Positions 9,471 to 18,252 of a stretch of DNA of 64,000 bases are shown here, one piece after another. The notes beneath the pieces were generated by a model. It ran no database searches, was not told the origin of the DNA, and saw nothing but the letters and a program-made list of their open reading frames with translations. Both the position numbers and the translations under genes were made by a program. The first letter of the stretch is position 1. The number at the start of each line of letters is the position of its first letter. This stretch comes from an uncultured delta proteobacterium (GTDB lineage: Bacteria; Myxococcota_A; Polyangia; Fen-1088), in assembly GCA_963796685.1 (NCBI GenBank), contig CAWCMR010000013.1, positions 544,001 to 608,000 on the forward strand, read 5' to 3'.

Positions 9471-11341
9471 CAGGTTCGCCCCAGACGCTGCTCGATCTCG
9501 GCCACGGGCATGCGCAGAAGCACCGGACGCCCGTGCGGACAATGCGAGCGCAAATCCACGCCGTCGAGCTGGACGAGCAGCGCCAGCGCCTGTTCGCGGC
9601 TAATCACGTCGCCGGCGCGCAAGGCGCCGTGGCAGGCCATGGTCGCGAAGACCTTGTCGAAGCCGGCTTGAGCAAGCGTGTCCTGCGCGTCGCCGGTCAG
9701 CCCGGAAATCACGTCGAGCAGGAGAGGCTTGGGATCGACCTTCTTGAGCAGGTCTGGCACCGCGCGAAGGAGCAAGGTCTTGGGCCCGAAGTCCTCGACT
9801 TCGAAGCCAAGCTGACCGAGTGCCATCAGCGCACCGCCTTCGCGCACCGCCGCCATGGCCAGCTCGTCGATCTCGATGGGAATGGGAAAGAGCAGACGCT
9901 GGCGCGCGACCTGGCGCTGCCGATGAGACTGGCGCAGCCGCTCGAAGGTCACGCGTTCGTGGGCCGCGTGCTGGTCCACGATGACGAGCTCGTCCGCGGT
10001 TTCGCAGATGAGATAGGTGCGATGGATCTGCCCGATGTACTCCAGGCTACCGAAGAAGCCACCCGCGGCAGAGGGCGACTCGGGCGCCTCCCCGGATGCG
10101 CCACCTGCCGTCTCTCGCGGTGGCATTTCCCGCGGCAGATCCAGCCCCTCCACGGTGTGGGCGAGCCCCCGCGCTCGGGCTTGCGACAACGAACGCAAAG
10201 GCTCTTGCCAACCGCGGCTCTCCGTTTTGACTTGTGCCGGGACTGTCGCCTCGCCTGCGCCATCCACGCCAAGGTCCAGCCTTTCGGGCGGCAAGGTGTA
10301 CGCCCGCAGCGGGGCCGGTGGTAGCCACGGGGCGCGTGCCACCGCCGCGCCGACCACATGGCGAACGGCGCCGTACACTTCCTGCGGCCGGGCGAAACGC
10401 ACCTCCAGCTTCTGCGGGTGGACGTTCACGTCGAGCTCCTGCCCCGGCACATCGACGAAGAGCGCGGCCAGGGGGTAGCGCCCCTTCTCCAGAAGCTCGC
10501 CATATCCCATGCCGAGCGCATGGAGCAGCGAGCGGTCGCGCACGAAGCGCTTGGCGACGAACAAGAAGGTCGAGCGCGGCGTGGCTGACGCTTCTTCCGG
10601 GGCGGCCAGAAATGCTCGCACGACCACACCGGCTTCCTGGCCTTGGGCCTCGTGCAGCAGGCTTGCCCCGCGGCGGGCCAGGGCCGCGCGCACCCGTTCG
10701 CCCATGTCGCGATGGGGAGGCAGATCCAGCACCACCCGGCCGTTGCCGCGCAATCGGAAATGGATCTCGGGGTGGGCGATGGCCAGGCGAAGGACGGCCT
10801 CGGCCACATTGGCCGCCTCGGTGGCCTCGGACTTCATGAACTTGAGGCGAGCCGGGGTGTTCCAGAACAGATCGCGCACCTCGATCTGGGTACCGTCGGG
10901 CATGCCCACGTCGCCGCTGCTGGTCTCGATCCCCGCCTCATAGCCCAAGCTGAAGCCGGCCGTGCTGCCCGGGCGCTTGGTGCGCAAGGTGAGCCTCGAC
11001 ACCGCCGCGATGGATGGCAAGGCCTCGCCGCGAAAGCCGAACGTGGTCAGCCCCCACAAGTCGTCCGGGGATAGGATCTTCGAGGTGGCGTGCCGCAGCA
11101 GCGCCAAGCGTGTTTCCTCGGCGGTCATGCCGCCGCCGTCGTCCACCACGCGAATGAGGCGCCGGCCGCCGGCATCGATTTCGATGTCGATGCGGCGGGC
11201 CCCCGCATCGATGGAATTTTCGGCCAGCTCCTTCACCACCGAGGCTGGACGCTCGACCACCTCGCCCGCCGCGATCTGGTCCGCCAGCGTGCGCGGCAAG
11301 ACGTGAACGCGCGGCGCGGGCGACGACGATGAAGTCTCCAT
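9470..11341 (-). CDS. mutL: DNA mismatch repair protein MutL
   Basis: Motifs IAAGEVVERPASVVKEL.ENS.DA, GFRGEAL, DVNVHP.K, endonuclease DQHAAHER, ACH and CPHGRP. Confidence 0.97.
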   Translation of the reverse strand: METSSSSPAPRVHVLPRTLADQIAAGEVVERPASVVKELAENSIDAGARRIDIEIDAGGRRLIRVVDDGGGMTAEETRLALLRHATSKILSPDDLWGLTTFGFRGEALPSIAAVSRLTLRTKRPGSTAGFSLGYEAGIETSSGDVGMPDGTQIEVRDLFWNTPARLKFMKSEATEAANVAEAVLRLAIAHPEIHFRLRGNGRVVLDLPPHRDMGERVRAALARRGASLLHEAQGQEAGVVVRAFLAAPEEASATPRSTFLFVAKRFVRDRSLLHALGMGYGELLEKGRYPLAALFVDVPGQELDVNVHPQKLEVRFARPQEVYGAVRHVVGAAVARAPWLPPAPLRAYTLPPERLDLGVDGAGEATVPAQVKTESRGWQEPLRSLSQARARGLAHTVEGLDLPREMPPRETAGGASGEAPESPSAAGGFFGSLEYIGQIHRTYLICETADELVIVDQHAAHERVTFERLRQSHRQRQVARQRLLFPIPIEIDELAMAAVREGGALMALGQLGFEVEDFGPKTLLLRAVPDLLKKVDPKPLLLDVISGLTGDAQDTLAQAGFDKVFATMACHGALRAGDVISREQALALLVQLDGVDLRSHCPHGRPVLLRMPVAEIEQRLGRT

Positions 11342-11357
11342 GCCGGCCAAGGATATC

Positions 11358-11458
11358 ACCACAGAGGACACAGAGGACACAGAGGCCGGAGAAGAAGGGG
11401 TTTCCGGATCCGAATCCGAACTATCCCCACTTCGTCCGAGCTCTGTGTCCTCTGTGGT
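11358..11458. repeat. Palindromic CACAGAG element with 18-bp perfect inverted repeats and 9-bp tandem units
   Basis: ACCACAGAGGACACAGAG (11358-11375) is the reverse complement of CTCTGTGTCCTCTGTGGT (11441-11458). The element sits between rlmE and mutL. Confidence 0.85.
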
Positions 11459-11480
11459 TAAACTCCGGATCCCGCGAACG

Positions 11481-12089
11481 CTATCGCTTCGCTGGGCCGA
11501 AGTTCTTGCCCACGAGGTAGAGCTCGCTGCTCGTCTGGCGCGAGGCTTCGGGTTTGAGCAGGCGCACGTCGGAAAAGTGGTCAGCCATGCGCTTGCGCAG
11601 CCTATCGACCTCCGGGCTTTGGAAGACCTTGGCCACGAACGCCCCCAGCGGTGCGAGCAGTCGCTCGGCGCGCAGCAGCGCTTCCTCGACCAGACCGGCC
11701 GAGCGCGCCTGGTCAGTGGCGCGAATGCCGGTGGTGTCCGGCGCCATGTCCGACAGCACCACATCGTACGCCGCCAACCCGCAAAGCAATTCCTCGTCCG
11801 ACAGGGTGTAGATGTCGGCCTCGATCACGTGGGCGCCGGGCACAGGAGAGGGCAAGGGCAGACGGTCCACGCCCACGACCTTGCCGTATGGGCCCACGGC
11901 CTTGCACGCGTACTGCATCCACGAGCCCGGCCGGCAACCGAGGTCGAGCACGCGCGCGCCAGGGTGAAACAGGCGCACGCGGCGGTCGATGTCCTCGAGC
12001 TTGTACACGGCACGCGCCGCGAAGCCCTCGTTCCGCGCCTTGCGGAAAAAGGCGTCGTGGCGGTGCTTGCGGTCGCGGAGCTGGCCCAC
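11481..12089 (-). CDS. rlmE: 23S rRNA Um2552 methyltransferase RlmE/FtsJ
   Basis: Motifs ARAVYKL, VLDLGCRPGSW, VLSDMAP, FVAKVF and KPEASR..SSELYLVG. Confidence 0.93.
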   Translation of the reverse strand: MGQLRDRKHRHDAFFRKARNEGFAARAVYKLEDIDRRVRLFHPGARVLDLGCRPGSWMQYACKAVGPYGKVVGVDRLPLPSPVPGAHVIEADIYTLSDEELLCGLAAYDVVLSDMAPDTTGIRATDQARSAGLVEEALLRAERLLAPLGAFVAKVFQSPEVDRLRKRMADHFSDVRLLKPEASRQTSSELYLVGKNFGPAKR

Positions 12090-12101
12090 CCGAAGAGGCG
12101 G

Positions 12102-12851
12102 CTACTTCTTCTGAGCCGCGGTCTGGCCCTTCTTGGAGGCCTTCATCGGGTTCTTGGACTCGACCTCTTTGATAGCCTGAGGAACGATGTACTTCTTCAC
12201 GTTCTTCGTGCTGCCCTTGAGGACGACGACGCCGTTGATGGGGCCGGGAACCGAGCCCTTCACGATGACGACGTTCTTGTCTTCGAGAACCTTCACCACC
12301 ACGAGATCCGAGGAGGTGTAGTTGTTGGTGCCCATGCGCGCGGACATGCGCTTGCCCTTGTGCACGCGGCCCGGGGTCAAACGGCAGCCGATGGAGCCAC
12401 CGTGACGGAAGAACTCGTGCGTACCGTGGGTGTCGGTGTCGCCAGCCATCTTGTGCAGCTTCATGACGCCCTGGTAGCCCTTGCCCTTGGTCACGCCAAC
12501 CACATCGACCACATCGCCGGCCTTGAAAATCTGGCCCGCGGTCAAGACATCGCCGACGTTGCGGGCGGCGACATCCTTGGCCTGGTCGAGGCGAATCTCG
12601 CGCAAGATGGCGGGCATCTTCTCGAGACCCGCCTTCTTGAAGTAACCCGATTCGGGACGGGTGATCTTGCGCGTCAGCTGCTCTTCGAATCCGAGCTGCA
12701 GGGCCGCATAGCCGTGCTTTTCGACCGTTCGTTGCCCGGTGACCACGCAGGGGCCGATCGAAAGAACGGTGCAGCCCAGCGACGATCCGTCGTCGTGGAA
12801 ATAGCGGGTCATCCCCAACTTGCGGCCGATTAGGCCCATCTTTTGTGACAT
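12102..12851 (-). CDS. rplC: 50S ribosomal protein L3 (outside an S10 operon)
   Basis: Motifs GLIGRKLGMT, GYAALQLG, VDVVGVTKGKGYQG, RHGGSIG...TPGRV.KGKRM and VKGSVPG. Confidence 0.96.
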   Translation of the reverse strand: MSQKMGLIGRKLGMTRYFHDDGSSLGCTVLSIGPCVVTGQRTVEKHGYAALQLGFEEQLTRKITRPESGYFKKAGLEKMPAILREIRLDQAKDVAARNVGDVLTAGQIFKAGDVVDVVGVTKGKGYQGVMKLHKMAGDTDTHGTHEFFRHGGSIGCRLTPGRVHKGKRMSARMGTNNYTSSDLVVVKVLEDKNVVIVKGSVPGPINGVVVLKGSTKNVKKYIVPQAIKEVESKNPMKASKKGQTAAQKK

Positions 12852-12879
12852 GGTGTGCGAACCTCTTGAAAGACGTGGG

Positions 12880-12908
12880 TTTATAGTCGGCGGCCACCGG
12901 AAGGTCAA
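12880..12908 (-). promoter_or_regulatory. sigma70-type promoter for rplC-rlmE
   Basis: TTGACC (12908-12903), 17-bp spacer, TATAAA (12885-12880). Confidence 0.75.
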
Positions 12909-12918
12909 GTTGCACAAC

Positions 12919-15031
12919 TCATCGGGCCGGCGATTTATCGGGCGGCTTGCTCTCGATGAGATCCGTGAAGTCCTTCGTGAAGGTCAGCGGGCCCAAAATC
13001 AACTCGATCTCGCGGTCCATGGGCGAGGCGTCGAGCGGGGTTTCCTCGGGCGTGTGGGGCTTGAAAACCAGGTTCACGTTGGCCGTGGTCAGAGCATCGC
13101 GGTGCTCGGGCCTGGGGTAGTCGACTGCCCACGCGGCATCGCGCACGCAATCCTCGATGTCGCGATTGCCGAGCGTGGAGCTGAGCACAACCACGTTGTC
13201 CAGCTCTCCTCGCTCGAGGGTGAGCTCCAGTTTCATCCGACCGCGGAGATAGAGGTCACCGGCCTTGGCCACCCTGCGGGACAGGTAGCAGGCGCGCGCC
13301 CGGGGCATGAACCCCAGCGAAAGTGCGTTGCGCAGCACCGTGGGATCCATGCGACCGTGGACCACCGCCTCGCCGGTCGTGTTGGCCCGTACCGGCGGCG
13401 GCAGGATGTTGATGACCAAGTTGGCGTTTGCCCCGGACCAGGCCCGCCGCGCGCTCGCAGGTCCTGCCAGCAAGGGATCCAGCCATTCGCGCTTCGCCGG
13501 CGCCGGCGTCGTTTCCGCGTGCACCTCGGCATCGAGGCCCCGTGCGCTGAAGCGCACCCGTCGCTCCTTGGGCAGCCTCGCCGGATCGTCGAAGGCCAGG
13601 CTGGCGCCCTGGCCAGGGGACAATACCTCGGCCAGCTTGGCACCATCCAGGCGCACATCGAGCAGATCCCCACCCCTGGCCATCGTGGCGAGAATTCCAC
13701 CCGCCGTCTCCGCCGCGTTGCCGGTCGGGATCGCGCGAACCATCCCGCCGAATTTTCGAGCAAAGCGTACATACTCCGCGACGTCAGCCCCTGGCACCGG
13801 ATCGTCGCCCGCTTGCCGAACCAACAACACCAATACCTTGAGCTTGCCCGCCTGGGCGCCGGCCAGCGCCTTTTGCATCCCCTCGGCGTTCTGATTGGCC
13901 GGCAGCGCGCCGTCCGTGAGCAGCACCAACCACGTGTTTCCGGCCGTCTCGTCGCCGCTCGCATCGAGGATGGCCCGCGCACGGGCGAGAGCCTTGGCCA
14001 CGTCGGTTCCGTTCTCCAGCCGGTTGGGGTCGGCGGCGCCGTCGAACGCCTCCAGCGCCTCGCGCGTCGGCATGCGCGGCAGCGGAAAGACGGGCGTGGC
14101 CTCGATGCCGAAGGGGATGGCATCGAACGGCACCGAGGGTGGCAAGGCCTCGATGAGCGCTCGGCCGAGCGCACGCTCCGTCGAGATCCCACCCTGCCCC
14201 GCGCTGCGCGAACGGTCGACGAGCAGGAGCACGCGTGCCGGAGGCTGGGTCTTGACAGGGGTGTCGTCCCGGCACAAAAGCCCCAATAGCTCGTATTGCT
14301 GAACCGTCTTCGGCCTGCGGCCGGTGGTGTCGATGCGCGGGACCCGCGCAGCCGCGGCCAGGGATTGCCCCGCGAGACCTTCGAGCGCGTGCGTGTAACG
14401 CCAGGCAATTTCCCAGGCTGCGCGCGCCGGAGCCGTCCCGCGCATGACCAGCGGGCGCCGGCCCGGCCGGAGGTCCGCCGCGTGCCCGGCCAGGCTGGCC
14501 TCGGCGAGCAGCAGTCCATCCGGCGAGGGGGCAAGGGTAACCGTCACCTCGGCCGGAAGCGGGTTCTCTTCAAGACTCTCGGGCATGCGCAAGACCAGCT
14601 GGCCGGACTTGCACCCGACGGCGGCCGAATACCGGTAGTGCAAGACGGCCTTCTCCCCGTCGACGATGGGCGTGACGTGAACCCGGTAGGCCGTCCCCTC
14701 CTCCACCGGCGCAGCGGGCATGGCCAGTTGGCGCATCTTGAGCGCGACCGCCAGTCCCGCGCTGACACGCACCTCGGATTCCGGCGCAAGACGCGTTCGC
14801 CCGGCGCGGTCGATCAGCTCCCAATCGAGCAGCGCGGAGCCCTCGGGCAAGGCGGAGATCCAGGAAGGTGCCGTTGCGCCGATTTCCCACGACACGGGTA
14901 TTTGCCTCGACCGTGCGCCACACTTCGACCATGGCCAGCGGCCCCTCGATGCGCACCTCGACCTTGTGAACCGAAGGCTCACGCCCCTGAGGCGAAACAA
15001 AGAGAAGCACAAGCGGCAACCAGACGTGCAT
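12919..15031 (-). CDS. Secreted VIT-like/VWA protein with C-terminal AgmX/PglI-like domain; +1 frameshift near 14855
   Basis: The N-terminus MHVWLPLVLL...GTFLDL is in one frame and continues ALPEGSALLDW in another; length 2113 = 3n+1. MIDAS VDRSRS and LLTDG are present; the C-terminal part reads RARACY...SSTLGNRDIEDCV...YPRP. Confidence 0.75.
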
Positions 15032-15071
15032 CGGAATGGCTTCCGAGTGTAGATCAAATGGCCACCATCCA

Positions 15072-15755
15072 ATGCGAAACCGCATGCGAAAAACCGACGC
15101 CGATCCGCTGCGCTGTCCGCGCTGCCGCCTGCACACCGATCTGTGCGCCTGCGCGTTGTTGGCACCGATCGCTATCGCAACCCAAGTCGTCCTGGTCACG
15201 CACAAGCTCGAGCACCGCAAGGCCACCAACACGGGCCACTTGGCCGTTTCGTGCCTGAACGGGGCGCACCTGTGTTTGCGCGGCCGCGAGGATGTGCCCG
15301 ACGATCCCGTGGTGTGGGAGGCGGGCCGCACGCCGCTCTTCCTGTTTCCCAGCCGGGACTCGCTGCCCCTCGATGACTGGCTGTCGGCGCAGGCAAGGAA
15401 GCCGAGCGCGATTGCCTTGATCGTCCCCGACGGGACCTGGCGCCAGGCGAACCGGGTGCGCCGGCGTGTGCCCGGCTTGGCTGATATCCAGGCCGTCAGC
15501 CTGCCTGCCAGCGAAAAGTCCTACTACCGGTTGCGCCACACCCATCTCGGAAATCGCCTGGCCACCTTCGAGGCCATCGCCTTGGCCCTCGGCATCTTGG
15601 AAGGCCCGGTCATCCAGGAGCGCCTTTCCCTAGTCTTCCGTACCGTCGTCGACCGGGCGCTTTGGAGCAATGGACGGGTCAGCGGTCAGGAGGTTACAGG
15701 GGGGATCCCGGAAGGTGCGCGCCAGGACGGCCCGGCCAACGGCGGCTCACCATGA
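15072..15755 (+). CDS. DTW-domain tRNA-uridine aminocarboxypropyltransferase (TapT-like)
   Basis: Motifs CxxC...CxC, H..E..K.TNTG, PDGTWRQA and LATFEA. Confidence 0.88.
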   Translation: MRNRMRKTDADPLRCPRCRLHTDLCACALLAPIAIATQVVLVTHKLEHRKATNTGHLAVSCLNGAHLCLRGREDVPDDPVVWEAGRTPLFLFPSRDSLPLDDWLSAQARKPSAIALIVPDGTWRQANRVRRRVPGLADIQAVSLPASEKSYYRLRHTHLGNRLATFEAIALALGILEGPVIQERLSLVFRTVVDRALWSNGRVSGQEVTGGIPEGARQDGPANGGSP

Positions 15756-15800
15756 CTTGATTCTTGGGCCAGGCCGCGCTACGCGTATGTCGCATAACCT

Positions 15801-16493
15801 ATGACATCGACCACACGATCCAAACCATCTGCGTCATCTGCGCCACCCGCACCACCCGCGCCCGCACCATCGGCGCCTATCGTATCCGTCGCGCCTTCCC
15901 AGCCCGAGGAGGAAGTCCTGGCCAAGACCCTGGAGGTCCTCAAAGGCGGTGGGGTCATCGCGCTTCCAACCGACACGCTGTACGGCATCGCCTGCCTTTT
16001 CGGCGACAGCGCCGGCATCAAGCGTATTCAAACCATGCGTGGCTTCGATGTTGCCGCGCGTCCGCTGACCTTCCTCCTGCCCGATCTCGGGGAGTTGCCC
16101 CGCTATGCCGTGGTCAGTGAGTCGGCTTTAGGCGTGCTGAGGAAGATTTTTCCCGGACCCTACTGCGCGGAGCTGGTGGCCAGCGCCAACGTGCCAGTGC
16201 CCTTCGTCCACGAAGATCGCCGCACCATCGGCGTGCGCATCCCCGGCACCGCGCTGTGCGAGAAATTGCTGTGGTCCCTGGGCAAGCCCCTGCTCACCGC
16301 CACGGCGAAGTCGCGCTCGGGGGACATCCTGACCAGCGCCGTGGAGATCAAGCGCGAGTATGGCAAGAGCCTCGACCTCATCCTGGACGCGGGCACGCTC
16401 TCCGGTCCACCCTCCACGGTGGTGAGTCTGGCCGGCGACTGGGTTACTGTCCTGCGCGAAGGGCGTGGACCGTCCAACAAGCTCATCGGCTGA
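15801..16493 (+). CDS. Sua5/YciO/YrdC family threonylcarbamoyl-AMP synthase-like protein
   Basis: Motifs IALPTDTLYG, PGPY, RRTIGVRIP, PSTVV and LREGRG. Confidence 0.88.
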   Translation: MTSTTRSKPSASSAPPAPPAPAPSAPIVSVAPSQPEEEVLAKTLEVLKGGGVIALPTDTLYGIACLFGDSAGIKRIQTMRGFDVAARPLTFLLPDLGELPRYAVVSESALGVLRKIFPGPYCAELVASANVPVPFVHEDRRTIGVRIPGTALCEKLLWSLGKPLLTATAKSRSGDILTSAVEIKREYGKSLDLILDAGTLSGPPSTVVSLAGDWVTVLREGRGPSNKLIG

Positions 16494-16593
16494 TCTTCCG
16501 GAACCGGATCGAATTCCCGAATCGATCGGGAAAGAATCCCGAAACCGAACCAGGCCCGGCCGTGACCTGTCTGGCGACGCGGCTCTCGCGGGC

Positions 16594-16609
16594 TGGCACA
16601 CGGCATGCC
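16594..16609 (+). promoter_or_regulatory. Candidate sigma54 promoter for the SPFH pair
   Basis: TGGCACACGGCATGCC (GG-N10-GC), 40 bp upstream of ATG 16649. The palindrome TTCCCGA-N5-TCGGGAA at 16514-16532 lies at a UAS-like distance. Confidence 0.55.
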
Positions 16610-16648
16610 TTCTCGGAGGGCAACGGACCCTCGAGTCCGGAGATCACC

Positions 16649-17425
16649 ATGCGCCTGACGTTGACCACCGTGTCGATCGCCGCACTTTCCGCGTGCGCAA
16701 CGGTGCCCCCTGGCAGTACGGGGGTTCTGCTGAGAACCAGCGGGGTCGACGTCGAGGCGCTGACCGAAGGGGTGAGTCTCATCGGGCCGCTGTCGGTGGT
16801 CGGTGTCTACGATCTGCGCGGGCAAGAACGCAGCGAGGATCTGGAGGCGCTTTCCGCCGACGGCGCCGTTCTGAAAGCGAACGCCTCAGTCCTGACATTC
16901 CACCCCGTGCGCTCGGAGGTGGTGGCCTTGGCACGGGAGGTTGGGCCGAGCTACTACGAGACCATCCTCAGACCGATAGTTCGTTCCTCCTTGCGCAAGG
17001 TGCTGGCAGGCTTTCGCGCCGACCAGCTCGACACGCCCGGCATTGGCAAAGCCCAACGCGAGGTCACGGAAGATGTGGCGCGAAGGGTGCGCCCTTACCA
17101 CATCACATTTGACGGCATCGACCTGCGCACCCTGGGCATCGACCAATCCTCGGAAGCCTATCGGAGCATCGTCGACACCAGCGTCGAAGAACAAAATGCG
17201 CTTACCGCGAGGGAGTTGCCGGTCTTGGCGCGAAAACACGCCGAGGAAATGAGAGCCGAGGCGCGCGGGATCTCCGGGGCGCATGCGCTCATTGCCCCAA
17301 CTCTCACCCCAGAGCTCCTGAGCGATGCCGCATACCACGCGTGGTCCAAGTTGCTCACGGCGCCTTCGACCCAGGTCGAGGTCCGCCCGAACGCACAACC
17401 GTATGTTTTGGAGGTCAAACCATGA
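16649..17425 (+). CDS. SPFH/band-7 (prohibitin-like) lipoprotein
   Basis: Lipobox ALSAC; TVPPG..GVL; YDLR; EVGPSYYETILRP. Confidence 0.82.
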   Translation: MRLTLTTVSIAALSACATVPPGSTGVLLRTSGVDVEALTEGVSLIGPLSVVGVYDLRGQERSEDLEALSADGAVLKANASVLTFHPVRSEVVALAREVGPSYYETILRPIVRSSLRKVLAGFRADQLDTPGIGKAQREVTEDVARRVRPYHITFDGIDLRTLGIDQSSEAYRSIVDTSVEEQNALTARELPVLARKHAEEMRAEARGISGAHALIAPTLTPELLSDAAYHAWSKLLTAPSTQVEVRPNAQPYVLEVKP

Positions 17426-18243
17426 ATTCACACCGACTGTCGACGATGACGAGGGCTTTGCTCGCGCTTGGCATGGGCAGCGCCGTAGGGGGGTGCGCCA
17501 CGGCCGTGGGCCCGGGCCGTGTGGGCGTGCTATGGCGAGCATCGGACGGCACCCAACCCAACGCCTACGGCGAAGGCCTGCACTACATCGCGCCGTGGAA
17601 CGATATGTACGTCTATGACCTGCGGTCGATGAGTCACGACGAGGTGCTCGACGTCATCGCGGTAAACGGCCTCGGCATCAAGCTGGACGCGTCGGTCAGG
17701 TATCACCTCGTGCCCAATGAAGTCGTGGCCCTGCAGAAGGAGATCGGCCCGGACTACTACAAGACGATTCTCGAGCCCGTTCTGCGCTCGGAAGCCCGCC
17801 GTGTCTTCGGGCGCTACACACCCGAGGAGATATACTCGACCAAGCGCGATCTCATCGAACGCGAGATCCGGGAGGGGCTACGTTCGAAGATCGAAGGCAA
17901 GCACATCGCCCTCGAGGCCGTCCTGATTCGCAACGTGGAGCTTCCGGACGCCATTCGCCACGCCATCGACGAGAAGCTGGCCGCCGCGCAGGAAGTGCTG
18001 AAGATGAAATACGTGATCGCGGTGGCCAAGTCCGTGGCCGAGCAGCACCGGATCGAGGCGCAAGGGATCGCCGACTACAACCAGATCGTGGCCGCCAGCC
18101 TGACCTCCCCGATGCTGGAATTCGACCGCATCCAAGAGCTCAACCGCCTGGCAGCGTCGAGCAACGCCAAGACCGTCGTGATGGGGCCAGGCGCGGGCGG
18201 CACCCCCGTGCTACTTTCGACGCCCACCGCGGCGGCCCGCTAG
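17422..18243 (+). CDS. SPFH/prohibitin-family lipoprotein
   Basis: ATGA overlap with the upstream gene; lipobox-like AVGGC; motifs GEGLH..APWN, EEIYSTKR, LIRNVELP..I..AI..K and RIEAQG. Confidence 0.88.
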   Translation: MNSHRLSTMTRALLALGMGSAVGGCATAVGPGRVGVLWRASDGTQPNAYGEGLHYIAPWNDMYVYDLRSMSHDEVLDVIAVNGLGIKLDASVRYHLVPNEVVALQKEIGPDYYKTILEPVLRSEARRVFGRYTPEEIYSTKRDLIEREIREGLRSKIEGKHIALEAVLIRNVELPDAIRHAIDEKLAAAQEVLKMKYVIAVAKSVAEQHRIEAQGIADYNQIVAASLTSPMLEFDRIQELNRLAASSNAKTVVMGPGAGGTPVLLSTPTAAAR

Positions 18244-18252
18244 GAGCTAGGC

